Source: an uncultured Candidatus Rokubacteria bacterium (GTDB lineage Bacteria > Methylomirabilota > Methylomirabilia > Rokubacteriales > CSP1-6). Taken from it: a DNA stretch of 64,000 nucleotides. A model generated the notes under the pieces. The model searched no databases. It was not told the DNA's origin and saw only the letters and a program-made list of their open reading frames with translations. The translations under genes and the position numbers were made by a program. The DNA lies in assembly GCA_963754315.1 (NCBI GenBank), contig CAVWFS010000018.1, positions 32,001 through 96,000 of the forward strand. Direction: 5' to 3'. Below are positions 1-10,600 of this stretch, piece by piece (within the stretch, counting starts at the first letter, position 1; each line of letters starts with the position of its first letter).

Positions 1-138
1 GTGCTCGCGAGCCTGCAGGATCCTGACGGGACCTACCGTCTGACGACCGGCGCCACCGAGACGAGGGACTATATCTACGTCGGTAGCTTGGTAATGCCTT
101 TGCTCGGCCGGCTGCCGAAGGCCAAGGCCGGGCTCTGA
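1..138 (+). CDS. 3' end of strictosidine synthase/SMP-30-like protein (partial)
   Basis: Frame 1 reads VLASLQDPDGTYRLTTGATETRDYIYVGSL...AGL*, like strictosidine-synthase-like C-termini; truncated by the window edge. Confidence 0.55.
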   Translation: MLASLQDPDGTYRLTTGATETRDYIYVGSLVMPLLGRLPKAKAGL

Positions 139-181
139 GCAGCGACTCCTTTGGCTGTGGCAGGATGGCGCAACGAACCCA

Positions 182-1369
182 ATGAGTGGTGAGCTCCTCG
201 TCAAGAATGTGCGGCCGATGGCCGGGGCTGTCGTCGACGTCCTGACCACCGATGGGACGATCACGCGCGTGGCCGCTGGGACCGAGCCGGCTCCCGGAAC
301 GACCGTGATCGACGGACTGGGCGGCATCCTCCTGCCCGCGTTCGTCGACGCGCACATGCACCTCGACAAGACCTTCTGGGGCTTGCCCTGGCGGCCACAC
401 CAGGCCGGGCCGTCGGTGCTCGACCGGATCGAGAACGAGCGGCGCCTTCGGCGAGAGCTCGACCTGGCCCCGGATGTCCAGGCCGACCGCCTGGCCCGCC
501 AGGCGATCAGCCGGGGGACGGTTCACATCCGGAGCCACGTCGACATCGACACCGAGATCGGCATGCGGAACTTCGACGGAATCATGGCCGCCCGAAGCCA
601 GCTGAAGGGCGTCGTCTCGATCCAGGTCGTGGCATTTCCCCAGAGCGGCGTCGTCACCCGTCCCGGGACCGCTGAGCTCCTGGAGCGCGCTGTGAGGGAA
701 GGCGCCGAGTTGATCGGCGGCGTCGATCCCGCGGGCATCGATCGCGACCCGACCGGTCAGCTCGACGTCATTTTCGGAATTGCCGGGCGCCATGGCGCTG
801 GTGTGGACATCCATCTCCACGACGGGGGCGAGGTCGGGGCGGCGCAGATCCGAATGATCGCCGCGCGCACGCGGGCACTGGGACTCGCGGGCAAGGTCTC
901 CATCAGTCACGCCTTTTGTCTCGGCACGGTGCCCGACGTCGAGCTGGGGCGGTTGGTGGAGCTGCTCGTGGACAACCGAATCTCGATCATGACCAATGCG
1001 CCGGGCGACCGGCCGATGCCGCTCCGGCGCCTCTGTGAGGCCGGTGTCGCCGTCTTCTCGGGCTCAGACGGAGTGCGGGATGCGTGGACGCCCTTCGGCA
1101 CTGCCGACATGCTCGAGCGCGCCATGCTCCTCGCCTACCGGAACGGGTTCCGGACCGACGAGTTGCTGCACTCGACCCTCGACATTGTCACGCGCGGCGG
1201 CGCCACCGTGCTCGGACTCCAGGGCTACGGCCTCGAGGTCGGATGCCGCGCCAACTTTGTCGTCATTCCCGGCGAAACGCTGGCCGAGATCGTGGTAGCG
1301 CGGCCCACCCGGGCGTGGGTGGTGAGCGCGGGACGCGTTATCGCCCGGGACGGCCACTGCACGCTCTGA
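182..1369 (+). CDS. Amidohydrolase, cytosine/creatinine deaminase-like
   Basis: DAHMHLDK, IRSHVD, VAFPQ, IHLHD and GSDG motifs. Confidence 0.9.
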   Translation: MSGELLVKNVRPMAGAVVDVLTTDGTITRVAAGTEPAPGTTVIDGLGGILLPAFVDAHMHLDKTFWGLPWRPHQAGPSVLDRIENERRLRRELDLAPDVQADRLARQAISRGTVHIRSHVDIDTEIGMRNFDGIMAARSQLKGVVSIQVVAFPQSGVVTRPGTAELLERAVREGAELIGGVDPAGIDRDPTGQLDVIFGIAGRHGAGVDIHLHDGGEVGAAQIRMIAARTRALGLAGKVSISHAFCLGTVPDVELGRLVELLVDNRISIMTNAPGDRPMPLRRLCEAGVAVFSGSDGVRDAWTPFGTADMLERAMLLAYRNGFRTDELLHSTLDIVTRGGATVLGLQGYGLEVGCRANFVVIPGETLAEIVVARPTRAWVVSAGRVIARDGHCTL

Positions 1370-1448
1370 GCGGCTCGCACCCGGCAGAGATCCTGGCGCC
1401 GTCGACGAGAAGAGCCGGACCGTCACGGCCGACAGATCGGCTCAGCCC

Positions 1449-2063
1449 TCAATGGCTCGCCAGCTTGGTGGCAATGGTGGCTACGTGTCGGCCTTGAAAT
1501 CGGGCCGCCTGCAATTCGTTCTCGCTCGGCATCCTTTCACCTTTCCCGCCGGTAATCGTGGAGGCCCCATAGGGCGAGCCGCCCGTGATCTCGTCGATCC
1601 TCATCTGGCCGGCAAAGGTATAGGGCAGCCCGACAATGACCATTCCTTGATGCAGTAAGGTTGTATGGAAGCTCAGGATGGTCGATTCCTGGCCGCCGTG
1701 CTGCGTTGCGCTGGCGGTGAAAACGCTTCCCACCTTTCCTACGAGAGCACCCCTCAACCAGAGCTGGCCGGTGGTATCCAGAAACTGACGCATCTGGCCG
1801 CACATGTTGCCGAAGCGTGTCGGGGTTCCGAAGACGAGCGCGTCAGCGTTGATAAGATCGTCAAGGGTCGCGATCGGAATGTCAGCCTGCTGCTTCCTGG
1901 CCTCGACGGCTCCCATCTTGACCAGGACTTCGTCAGGCAACGTTTCCGGCACTTGCCGTAGCTCAGCCTCGACACCGGCGACCGACCGAGCTCCTTCCGC
2001 CACCGCCTGTGCCATCCGATAGATGTGTCCGTACAGGGAGTAGTAGACCACCAGAACTTTCAT
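1449..2063 (-). CDS. wrbA: NAD(P)H:quinone oxidoreductase type IV
   Basis: [35 protein letters not shown]; start reset to ATG 2063 after GGAGAGG. Confidence 0.95.
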   Translation of the reverse strand: MKVLVVYYSLYGHIYRMAQAVAEGARSVAGVEAELRQVPETLPDEVLVKMGAVEARKQQADIPIATLDDLINADALVFGTPTRFGNMCGQMRQFLDTTGQLWLRGALVGKVGSVFTASATQHGGQESTILSFHTTLLHQGMVIVGLPYTFAGQMRIDEITGGSPYGASTITGGKGERMPSENELQAARFQGRHVATIATKLASH

Positions 2064-2337
2064 CGCACCCTCTCCGAGCTTGTTCCTCCCGACTTTACGC
2101 ACCAACCCCGACCCCTTCAATGGGTGCGCTCCAGCGGGCGGAACTCTGGCGGGGACAACCCCCGGTGCAACCGGGGGGCGAGGCACACAACGCGCTTGAC
2201 AGACCTGGAGGGGCAGTGCTCTATTCGGCCATCTCTCGTGGAAGTTCGGCCTGGCGCCTGAGAGGCCGCAGGCCCTTCGTTCGCTCGGACCCGCAACGGC
2301 GCGGAGCGCCACCTGCGTGGCGCGAAAGGAGCGATGC

Positions 2338-3654
2338 ATGGCAACGCGCGAGAGCGCTGCAGGTCTCAACCGGCGAGCATTCCTCGGAGTGGCCGGTGCG
2401 GCAACCGGCGTCGCCGTGGCGGGGGGGATCCCGGCGATGGTGGCCGCCCAGAAGGCCCCCACCTTCCCGAAGGGCACCAAGCTCAACATCCTGGAATGGG
2501 TGAGCTTTGTCCCGGCCTCGGACGTCGAGTTCAAGCGGCTGGCGGCGGAATTTGGGAAGGTGGCCGGGGTCGATGTCACCGTCGATCTCATCAACATGAA
2601 CGACCTCAACCCCAGAATCGCCTCGGCCATCGAGACCAAGGCCGGTCCCGACATCATCATGATGATCTCCAACTGGCCCCACCTCTACGCCGACGGTCTG
2701 GCCGACGTGGACGACCTGGCCGAGGAGATCGCCAGCCGGGACGGCGCCTTCTACGAGCACAACAAGAAGGTCAGCGTCGTCGGCAACCGCTGGAAGGCAG
2801 TCCCGCTCTGCTCCGTGCCCTCCACCTGGGCGTACCGCGAGGACTGGTTCAAGGAGGCCGGCGCCCAGAAGTTTCCCGAGACCTGGGACGAGTGGCGCAA
2901 GGTCGGAATCGCCCTCAAGAAGAAGAACCAGCCCATGGGCCAGGCCTTCGGCCACAGCCTGGGCGATCCGAACAACTGGGCCTACTCGGTGACCTGGGGC
3001 TTCGGAGGCTCCGAGATCGACCAGAGCGGGAAGGTCATCATCAACAGCAAGGAAACGCTCGAGGCCGTGAAGTTCACCGTGGCCGCCTGGAAGGACTGCC
3101 TCGACGAGGGAGGGCTGGCCTGGGACGACAGCAGTAACAACCGTGCATACCTGGCCGGGACGATCTCGGCGACGATCAACGGCGCGAGCATCTACTTCGT
3201 GGCCAAGCGGCAATTCCCCGATATCGCCAAGGTGACTGCCCACGCGCAAATGCCGAAGGGACCGGGCGGGCGCTTCTACAACATCGGCGGCCAAGGCCGC
3301 GCCATCATGAAGTACTCCAAGAACCAGCAAGTTGCCAAGGAGTTTATCCGTTGGTTCATGGATCGACCGCAGTACGACAAGTGGATGGCGGCCAACGACG
3401 GCTACACCGTCGGGCCGACGCCGTACTGGGAGAAGCACCCTCTGTGGGAGCGAGATCCCAAGCTCATTCCTTTCAGGGAGGCGTCCAAGTTCGGCCGCTG
3501 GCCTGGCTATCCCGGCCAACCCAGCCGCAAGGCGTCCGAAGCACTCGTGAAATACATCCTCGTGGACATGTACGCCCAGGCCATCAAGGGGATGAAGCCC
3601 GAGGACGCCGTCAAGTGGGCCGAGGTCGAACTGAAGAAGGCGTACACCGCCTAG
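2338..3654 (+). CDS. ABC transporter substrate-binding protein (CUT1 type), Tat signal
   Basis: LNRRAFLG twin-arginine leader; AAAGGAG RBS; precedes two permeases. Confidence 0.9.
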   Translation: MATRESAAGLNRRAFLGVAGAATGVAVAGGIPAMVAAQKAPTFPKGTKLNILEWVSFVPASDVEFKRLAAEFGKVAGVDVTVDLINMNDLNPRIASAIETKAGPDIIMMISNWPHLYADGLADVDDLAEEIASRDGAFYEHNKKVSVVGNRWKAVPLCSVPSTWAYREDWFKEAGAQKFPETWDEWRKVGIALKKKNQPMGQAFGHSLGDPNNWAYSVTWGFGGSEIDQSGKVIINSKETLEAVKFTVAAWKDCLDEGGLAWDDSSNNRAYLAGTISATINGASIYFVAKRQFPDIAKVTAHAQMPKGPGGRFYNIGGQGRAIMKYSKNQQVAKEFIRWFMDRPQYDKWMAANDGYTVGPTPYWEKHPLWERDPKLIPFREASKFGRWPGYPGQPSRKASEALVKYILVDMYAQAIKGMKPEDAVKWAEVELKKAYTA

Positions 3655-3669
3655 GGTAGGGCCAGGCCA

Positions 3670-4653
3670 ATGGCCGATCAGCGCATCGAGTCCATCCTGG
3701 CGGAGAGAGCCAGTCCGGGCGCCGTCCTCCCCGCGCCAGTCGTGGTGGCGATGCCCGAGGCCCGCCGCACGACCCGGCTCGGGCAGCTGCTCGAGCGGGA
3801 GCACGTCCTGGCCGGCGCCCTCCTCGCGCCCACCCTCATCATCCTGGCCCTGTTCATTGCCTATCCGTTTCTTCTCGGCATCTGGCTGGCCGTCAGCGAC
3901 AAGGTGGTGGGACGACCGGGAAACTTCATCGGACTCGAGAACTTCAGGGTGAACCTGAACGACTCGATCTTCCTTCGCGCGTTCCAGAACACGTTCGTCT
4001 ACACCTTCATCGCCACCATCCTCAAGCTCATCCTGGGGATGCTGGCGGCTCTGCTCCTGAACAACCACTTCCGGTTCAAGCGAATCGTCCGAGCGTCGAT
4101 GCTCCTTCCTTGGATCGTCCCCACCGTGCTCAGCACCCTGGCCTGGCAGTGGATGTTCGACGCGACCTTCAGCGTTTTTAACTGGTCGCTGATGAACGTC
4201 GGATTGATCTCCAAGCGCATCCTGTGGCTCGGCGACGGGGTCTTGGCCATGGGGTGTCTGATCGCCGTGAACGTCTGGCGCGGCATGCCGTTCTTCGCCA
4301 TCACCCTCCTGGCCGGCCTGCAGACCGTCAACCCCGACCTGCACGAGGCGGCGGAGATCGACGGGGCCAACGCCTGGCAGCGCTTCTGGCGCGTCACCCT
4401 CCCCCTGATCAAGCCCATCATGCTGGTGGTCGTGCTGTTCTCGATGATCGCCACCTTTGCCGACTTCCAGCTCATCTACGTCCTGACCCGCGGCGGGCCG
4501 TACAGCAGCACCCATGTGTTCGGTACCTACGCCTACGAGATCGCCATGCGGGCGGCCAAGCTCGGGCAGGGCGCCTCGATCTCGCTCTTCCTCTTCCCGT
4601 TCCTCCTCACCGTCATCGTGTTCCAGCTCTGGTACATCCGGCGGAACGACTGA
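3670..4653 (+). CDS. Carbohydrate ABC permease
   Basis: EAAEIDGANAWQRFWRVTLP EAA motif; multiple TM segments. Confidence 0.93.
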   Translation: MADQRIESILAERASPGAVLPAPVVVAMPEARRTTRLGQLLEREHVLAGALLAPTLIILALFIAYPFLLGIWLAVSDKVVGRPGNFIGLENFRVNLNDSIFLRAFQNTFVYTFIATILKLILGMLAALLLNNHFRFKRIVRASMLLPWIVPTVLSTLAWQWMFDATFSVFNWSLMNVGLISKRILWLGDGVLAMGCLIAVNVWRGMPFFAITLLAGLQTVNPDLHEAAEIDGANAWQRFWRVTLPLIKPIMLVVVLFSMIATFADFQLIYVLTRGGPYSSTHVFGTYAYEIAMRAAKLGQGASISLFLFPFLLTVIVFQLWYIRRND

Positions 4654-4657
4654 CCCC

Positions 4658-5503
4658 ATGGCCGTCCGGTACGGCAGCCCACTCAAGCGCGCGCTTACCT
4701 TCCAGATCCCCCTGGCCTTGCTGGTGGGGGCGACCTTGTTCCCGTTCTACTGGATGGTGATTACCTCCATCCGGCCCGACACCGAGCTGTACAACGTCCG
4801 GGCCAATCCCTTCTTCACCCTGCATCCGACCGTGAAGCACTTTCAGGACCTGTTCGCGCTGACCATGTTCGCCCGCTGGGCGTGGAACACCCTTTTCATC
4901 GCCACGGTGTCAACGGGGATTTCGCTCTTCTGTGGCCTGCTTGCCGGCTACGCCCTGGCCCGCCTGCAGTTCCGCTGGGCTGCCCCCCTGGGGACGCTGA
5001 TCTTCATCACCTACCTGGTCCCGCCGACCCTGCTCTTCATCCCCCTTGGCGATGTCGTCAAAACCTTCGGGCTCGGCGACACACCCTGGGCCGTGATCCT
5101 CACCTATCCGACGTTTCTGATCCCGTTCTGCACCTGGCTGCTGATGGGCTACTTCAAGACCATTCCGCGGGAGATCGAGGAGTGTGCCCGGATCGACGGG
5201 GCCAGCCGAGTCCAGGCGATGGTGCGCATCAGCTTCCCGCTCGCCGTCCCCGGCATCCTTTCCGCGGGCATCTTTGCCTTCACGCTCTCTTGGAACGAGT
5301 TTCTCTACGCCCTCGTCTTTCTGTCTTCGCCGCAGCAGAAGACGATTCCCATCGGAGTCTTCACCGAGCTCGTCCGGGGTGATGTCTTCTACTGGGGCCC
5401 GCTCATGGCGGGCGCCCTCCTTGGCTCGATTCCGGTCGCCCTCGTCTATTCCTTCTTCGTCGAGTACTACGTCACCGCTCTCACCGGCGCCGTCAAGGGG
5501 TGA
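4658..5503 (+). CDS. Carbohydrate ABC permease
   Basis: EECARIDGAS motif, LSWNEFLY; ATG 4658 just after upstream stop. Confidence 0.93.
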   Translation: MAVRYGSPLKRALTFQIPLALLVGATLFPFYWMVITSIRPDTELYNVRANPFFTLHPTVKHFQDLFALTMFARWAWNTLFIATVSTGISLFCGLLAGYALARLQFRWAAPLGTLIFITYLVPPTLLFIPLGDVVKTFGLGDTPWAVILTYPTFLIPFCTWLLMGYFKTIPREIEECARIDGASRVQAMVRISFPLAVPGILSAGIFAFTLSWNEFLYALVFLSSPQQKTIPIGVFTELVRGDVFYWGPLMAGALLGSIPVALVYSFFVEYYVTALTGAVKG

Positions 5504-5653
5504 AGAGCTGGGCAGCGAGATCGTCCGTCGCTGAGGCCGCAGGGGGGCCTCGGGGAGCGGTTTCTGGACCCCCTGCCCATTGCGGTACTGCCTACGGCAA
5601 ACTAGGACCCTTCCGCCTCGGAATGAAACCAGAGAGTATCGGGCTGGAGCTAT

Positions 5654-5682
5654 TTGACAATTGCGGAAGTGTTCATGATTCT
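5654..5682 (+). promoter_or_regulatory. Putative sigma70 promoter for small peptide gene
   Basis: TTGACA-N17-GATTCT. Confidence 0.45.
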
Positions 5683-5770
5683 TCATTATCGAAGCGTTAC
5701 GGCGAGTCTCCGTCTGGCTCGCACGTTGCTCTACGGGGATCGCCAGGGACCAAAGGAGAGGAGGGCTACG

Positions 5771-5962
5771 ATGGCGAAGCCACAGGCGAGCAAGCGAACA
5801 TCAAAGAAGGCGGCGCAGGATCTGAAGGACCTCCCAACCGGTTCGCGAGGTAAAGCGACCGCTGTCAAGGGAGGGATAATTATCAACGGCAAACCTACCA
5901 GCGCTCCCGCACTCGGCGGTCCTGACACGCGTTCAATTTCTGGAGATATTTTGCGCCAGTAG
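5771..5962 (+). CDS. 63-aa peptide with double-glycine-like leader (possible secreted or RiPP-type precursor)
   Basis: Strong RBS (AAAGGAGAGGAGG); LKDL...TAVKGG then IIINGKPT...GGPDT; upstream promoter and downstream hairpin. Confidence 0.6.
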   Translation: MAKPQASKRTSKKAAQDLKDLPTGSRGKATAVKGGIIINGKPTSAPALGGPDTRSISGDILRQ

Positions 5963-5980
5963 CCGACAGGGACGCTGTAA

Positions 5981-6009
5981 CCGGGCGCGGCCTCGGAAGG
6001 CGCGCCCGG
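5981..6009 (+). terminator. GC-rich hairpin after peptide gene
   Basis: CCGGGCGCG...CGCGCCCGG stem; no U-tract. Confidence 0.45.
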
Positions 6010-6116
6010 CCAGCGCCGATGATCGGCAATCAGGAAGCCTTTTCGTTCTCGTGGGCCGACCCGCTCCTGGTACGCTTTCACGCAGCGACTTCGCCAATCG
6101 GGGATGCTCCATCGGT

Positions 6117-6427
6117 TCACTGCGGGCGCGGGGTCGGGGCTGGTCCCGAGCGCCTCAGGTGGATCTTGTAAGGGCAGCGGGCGGCACTGGTCAAAGCGGG
6201 AATGTCCAGGACGCCAGCCATTTCATCCCCATCGACCGTCACGGCGCCCGTAACCGTAGATGATCCAATGATGCTGAAGCCGAATGACTCGCCATTGAGG
6301 ACGCCCTGGACGGCCCCCTCGGGGCGGGGAGATTCCCTTGCGGGGCCACGAACGCGTCGCCCGTTACTCGCGGCCAAAGCCGGGCTCTGAGCAGCGATGA
6401 GAACCCTGGGTCCGCATCCGCGCCCAT
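6117..6427 (-). pseudogene. Possible frameshifted or degraded small beta-rich hypothetical protein
   Basis: PRVTGDAFV in one frame continues as EGAVQGVLNGESFGF...GAVTVDGDEMAG in another. Confidence 0.3.
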
Positions 6428-6486
6428 GTCGAAAGGAAGTTTCTGATCGGAGACATAGTTCCGGAGGATGAAGTAGGCTTCCGTGC

Positions 6487-6960
6487 ATGCAGATCTGGGT
6501 CGACGCGGACGCCTGCCCCAAGGTCATCAAGGAGATCCTGTACCGCGCCGCGGAGCGTGTGCAGGTTCCCATGATCCTGGTTGCCAACAGGCTTCTCTGG
6601 ACTCCGCCGTCGCGCTTCATTCGGGCCCTGCGGGTACCGCGTGGCTTCGATGTTGCCGATCGGGAGATCATGGAAAAGGTGCAGGCGGGGGACCTGGTGG
6701 TGACGGCCGACATTCCCCTCGCGTCCGCCGTGATCGGGCGCGGCGCCCACGCGCTCGACCCGCGCGGCGCGCTCTATACACCGGATAATATCCAGGAGCG
6801 CCTGGCTGTGCGTAATCTCATGGACCAGCTGCGCGGGAGCGGCGTCGAGACTGGCGGCCCGGCGCCCTGGCACCAGGGCGACAGCCGCGCATTCGCCAAT
6901 CAGCTGGACCGCCTTCTTTCGGCGCGGCGGACAGCGGGCGACGGTACCTCACCGCGCTAG
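6487..6960 (+). CDS. yaiI: YaiI/YqxD family protein (DUF188)
   Basis: [25 protein letters not shown] motifs. Confidence 0.93.
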   Translation: MQIWVDADACPKVIKEILYRAAERVQVPMILVANRLLWTPPSRFIRALRVPRGFDVADREIMEKVQAGDLVVTADIPLASAVIGRGAHALDPRGALYTPDNIQERLAVRNLMDQLRGSGVETGGPAPWHQGDSRAFANQLDRLLSARRTAGDGTSPR

Positions 6961-6980
6961 GCCAACAACGAGTCGATGAG

Positions 6981-7475
6981 ATGACGATGATGGCGGGGAG
7001 GGGCTCCTTGGTGCGCGGGGCGTTCGCGGGGTTCGTGGGAGGGCTGCTGGCGGCGGGGGCGATGAGCCTCGCCCATCGCCTCGTGGCCGACATGGTCCCC
7101 AAGCCGGAAGCGTCCGAGACGCAACCAGCGGACGATGCCACGGTCAAGGTCGCCTCTCAGGCGTTGCGGCTGATAGGTCGCCCACTCGCGGAGGACGAGA
7201 AGCCCCTGGCGGGGAGCATCGTGCACTACGGATTCGGCGCGGTGACCGGCAGCGTCTACGGCGCCGTCGCCGAGGTCGTGCCTCGTGTGACGGTTGCGCT
7301 TGGGCTGCCGTTCGGCATCGCTGTGTGGTTGGGGGCTCACGTCATCGCGGTCCCTGCGCTCGGATTGGCCGAGCCGCCGATGCGCAGGCCCGTAGGCAAG
7401 GAAGCGGAGGAGTTCGGGCTGCACCTGGTCTATGGCCTGACGACTGAGCTCGTGAGGCGTCTGCTGCACCGCTAA
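6981..7475 (+). CDS. DUF1440-like membrane protein
   Basis: DDATVK...VHYGFGA...YG...HLVYG pattern. Confidence 0.75.
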   Translation: MTMMAGRGSLVRGAFAGFVGGLLAAGAMSLAHRLVADMVPKPEASETQPADDATVKVASQALRLIGRPLAEDEKPLAGSIVHYGFGAVTGSVYGAVAEVVPRVTVALGLPFGIAVWLGAHVIAVPALGLAEPPMRRPVGKEAEEFGLHLVYGLTTELVRRLLHR

Positions 7476-7486
7476 GCCGTGAAGGA

Positions 7487-8431
7487 TCACGGAGCCCTGA
7501 AGGGGTGACGCACGAAAAAGGCAGCCAGCGCCTCCGCCACGGCACGAGGATGCTGGACATGTAGAAGATGCGTTGCATCGGCCAGGACGAAGCCTTCCGC
7601 ATTCGGCAGCCACGCGAGCACCATCTCGTGGCGCTCGCTCCAGATCGGCGACAACTGCTGGCTCTTCGCGCCGACGATCGACAGGGTGGGCTGGGTGATG
7701 CGACCTGCATCTTCTCGCCTGAGCGACCATTGCTGCAGGGACGGAAGCTCCTGGCCGAAGAACGTATCCGCGTCGACTACGGCTTGCTCGAATGCGCCGG
7801 GAAGCACGTGCTCTAGCAGGACACGGTAGCCTGGTCCGGAAACGAAACGCATGAAGCCGTCTATGGCGCGGGCCTTGTCACCGGCGCGATATGCCTCGAA
7901 GACCGGCTCCATCGCCGCCCGCGTCGAGAGCATCCGCTCCGGGCCGAGCGTCGTCACCGGTAGCGCCGGTTCCATCAACACGAGGGAGTGCACCATCTGC
8001 GGCGCGTCCAGGGCTAGCTGGAGGGCGATGTTCCCGCCGGAGGAATGTCCGACGACGTGCGCCCGCTCGATCCCCAGGTGGCGCATCAGCCCACGAAGGT
8101 GAGCGGCCTGCTGGGCGATGCTCACTGGCCCGACCGGGCGGCTACTGCCCGCATACCCAACGCGGTGATAGCTCACCACGCGGTATCGGCTGACGAGGGC
8201 GGGTTCGTCCACGAGTGGCTTGAACCAGTCGGCGAAGATACCGGCGTGGATAAGCACGACCGGCTCCCCGCTGCCCCGGGACTCGTACTCGAGCTCGACA
8301 CCGTTGACGTTCGCTCGGTTCATTGGCTTCGCCGCTCCATCGCGGGCAATCCGGGCGTCTTGCGCCATTCCGACCTCCGTTGCGGCCCACATGGTGACGA
8401 TCGCGATGCACGATGCGGTGGACACTTTCAT
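7487..8431 (-). CDS. Alpha/beta hydrolase
   Basis: GHSSGG nucleophile elbow, C-terminal His (THLL); GAAAGG RBS before ATG 8431. Confidence 0.88.
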   Translation of the reverse strand: MKVSTASCIAIVTMWAATEVGMAQDARIARDGAAKPMNRANVNGVELEYESRGSGEPVVLIHAGIFADWFKPLVDEPALVSRYRVVSYHRVGYAGSSRPVGPVSIAQQAAHLRGLMRHLGIERAHVVGHSSGGNIALQLALDAPQMVHSLVLMEPALPVTTLGPERMLSTRAAMEPVFEAYRAGDKARAIDGFMRFVSGPGYRVLLEHVLPGAFEQAVVDADTFFGQELPSLQQWSLRREDAGRITQPTLSIVGAKSQQLSPIWSERHEMVLAWLPNAEGFVLADATHLLHVQHPRAVAEALAAFFVRHPFRAP

Positions 8432-8584
8432 GGTGCGCCCTTTCCTCTCTGTGCGCGAGTGCGCACGGCACCTTTGTACCGAGCTGGGTGTGAAAGGATC
8501 GTCGACGGAGCGTGAAAGATTCAGCGAGGACGGCAATTGGCGTGGCCGGTGAGTGGTAGGATCGTGATCAACGGATCAGGCGCT

Positions 8585-9038
8585 ATGAGACGGGTGAGCC
8601 TCAGCCTTTTCGGTGGCTTTCAGGCTCGGCTGGAGCGAGGTCCAGCCCTGACCTTCCGGACGAGGAAGGCGCAGGCCTTGCTGGCCTACCTGGTTCTCCA
8701 CCGCGGTCGCGTCCATCGCCGCGAGAATCTGGCTGCGGTCTTCTGGGGCGAGATGCCCGACGAGCAGGCGCGGGGGAGCCTACGCCACGCCTTGTACGAG
8801 CTCAGAAGAGCCCTTGCCGCCGCGCCGGCCGTCCTTCGCATCGAAGGCGACACCGTGGCCGTCAATGCCAGCATCATCGATCTCGACGTGGCGACCTTCA
8901 CGCGGCTCCTGGCTGATGGCACGACCTCAGGCGCTCGAGCAGGCAATCGCGCTGTACCGCGGCGACCTCTTGACGGGATTGACCGTCAAGGAGGAGCCGT
9001 GGGAGCATGTGGTTGAGGAGCGAGCGTGGCTGCGTTAA
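8585..9038 (+). pseudogene. Truncated SARP/BTAD-type transcriptional regulator N-terminus
   Basis: LSLFGGF...RKAQALLAYL...GSLRHALYELRR; +1 shift near 8924 gives LEQAIALYRGDLL; stop at 9038. Confidence 0.8.
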
Positions 9039-9094
9039 CCGCCAGCCGGAGGTCGGCGACGGTCGTGCCGCCCGGGGTGGAGCACCTGGACACC

Positions 9095-9356
9095 TGACGC
9101 GGAGCTGGACATCGCCCCGATCCTCGAACAGGTGAAGGTGCCGACGCTCGTTCTGCACGGCACGAACGACCGACGGGTGTCGGTGGCTGCCGCGCAGCAC
9201 CTGGCCCGGCACATCCCGGATGCGCGGCTTCATCTTTTCGAAGGCCGTGGACACTTGCCGATCTTCACGGCCACCGCTGAGTTCTGCGAAACACTGCGTC
9301 GGTTCGTCAGAACAGGCGACGTGATGAGCCTTACGGTCGGCTACCATCAGCAGTGA
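9095..9356 (+). pseudogene. C-terminal fragment of alpha/beta hydrolase
   Basis: DIAPILEQVKVPTLVLHGTNDRRV...EGRGHLP without an N-terminal half. Confidence 0.7.
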
Positions 9357-9445
9357 TCGTCAGCAGCTCGCGAATGACCCGGCCGTCCCCGCTGGCAACC
9401 GTTTCGGGGCCCGAGTGGCGATCGGAAGAGGACGTTCTGTGACTC

Positions 9446-9474
9446 TTGACAGAGTCGCGCATATCGGAAATCCT
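9446..9474 (+). promoter_or_regulatory. Putative sigma70 promoter
   Basis: TTGACA-N17-AATCCT upstream of GTG 9484. Confidence 0.4.
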
Positions 9475-9483
9475 CGCCCCGAG

Positions 9484-10530
9484 GTGATCATTCGGTGCTC
9501 CGCCGCCGCGTTGCTGGTGACGATTGCCGTAATCTCGGCGGTCACGCCGGTCAGTGCCGAAACCCTGGGGTCCGTCTTCAAGCGGGTGAACCGCTCAGTC
9601 GTCGTGGTACGGACGAAGGAGACGGACGTGACCGGTCCGGGCCCCGGGATCCTCACCAGCTCGCGTGGTCTCGGCTCGGGAGTCCTCGTGTCGGCCGATG
9701 GCAAGGTGATCACCGCCGCCCATATCGTCCAGACGGCTGATGAGGTCAGCGTGGAGTTCCTCACCGGTGAGGCCGTGCGGGCGCGCGTCATCGCCTCCGA
9801 GCCCAGCGCCGACGTCTCGCTCCTTCAGCTCGAGCGAGTGCCCGCCGGCGTCCGGCCGTCGACGCTCGGCGACTCGGACAAAGTCGACGTCGGTGACCAG
9901 GTCTTCATCATCGGCGCGCCGTACGGGATCAGCCACACGCTCACGGTCGGCCACGTCAGTGCGCGTCACCGACCGAACACGATCTACAGCGAGCTGGCGG
10001 GCGCGGAGTTCCTGCAGACCGATGCCGCCATCAACCAGGGCAACTCGGGCGGTCCCATGTTCAACCAGGCGGGCGAGGTGGTCGGAATCGTGAGCCACAT
10101 CATCTCGAAGTCCGGTGGCTTCGAGGGGCTGGGGTTCGTCGTCACCTCGAACATGGCCCGCGCGCTTCTCCTCGAGCGGCGGTCGTTCTGGAGCGGCGTG
10201 CAGGGCTTCGTCCTGCGTGACCATCTCGCCAAGGTCTTCAATGTGCCGCAGTCGACCGGTATCCTCGTCCAGCGGGTGGCGGCGGGATCGCCGGCGGAGC
10301 GAAGCGGTCTGCGCCCGGGGACGCTGAAGGCGACCATCGACGGCCAGACGTTCGTGGTCGGGGGCGACATCATCCTCACTATCGGCGGCATCACGGTCGG
10401 CGAGCCCGGTAGCCGCGAGCGCATTCTCGCGCTGCGCCGGTCGCTCGCTCCCGGCTCGACGTACACGATCGTCGTCCTCCGCGATGGGCGGCGGGTCGAG
10501 CTCACCTCGCACGTTGAGCCCTCGGAGTGA
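9484..10530 (+). CDS. HtrA/DegP-like serine protease with one PDZ domain
   Basis: GLGSG, TAAHIV, QTDAAINQGNSGGP, PDZ GDIIL; signal peptide; start uncertain. Confidence 0.9.
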   Translation: MIIRCSAAALLVTIAVISAVTPVSAETLGSVFKRVNRSVVVVRTKETDVTGPGPGILTSSRGLGSGVLVSADGKVITAAHIVQTADEVSVEFLTGEAVRARVIASEPSADVSLLQLERVPAGVRPSTLGDSDKVDVGDQVFIIGAPYGISHTLTVGHVSARHRPNTIYSELAGAEFLQTDAAINQGNSGGPMFNQAGEVVGIVSHIISKSGGFEGLGFVVTSNMARALLLERRSFWSGVQGFVLRDHLAKVFNVPQSTGILVQRVAAGSPAERSGLRPGTLKATIDGQTFVVGGDIILTIGGITVGEPGSRERILALRRSLAPGSTYTIVVLRDGRRVELTSHVEPSE

Positions 10531-10600
10531 GCGGACACGCCGGTGAAGTCACGCGCCTGAAGCGGGCGTCGGCGGAGGATCCTGAAATCCCGCGCTGCGG

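Noticed and set aside
2181..2195. GG-N10-GC sigma54-like site upstream of the ABC operon
   Set aside because: Lacks TTGC context, and an adjacent TTGACA suggests sigma70; too ambiguous
1449..2672. 407-aa extended WrbA
   Set aside because: The extension overlaps the ABC binding-protein gene antisense; the real start is 2063
2221..4686. 821-aa antisense ORF and similar long shadow ORFs (e.g. 58310-60316, 29534-31210, 34574-36100)
   Set aside because: Opposite-strand shadows of real genes, expected at high GC
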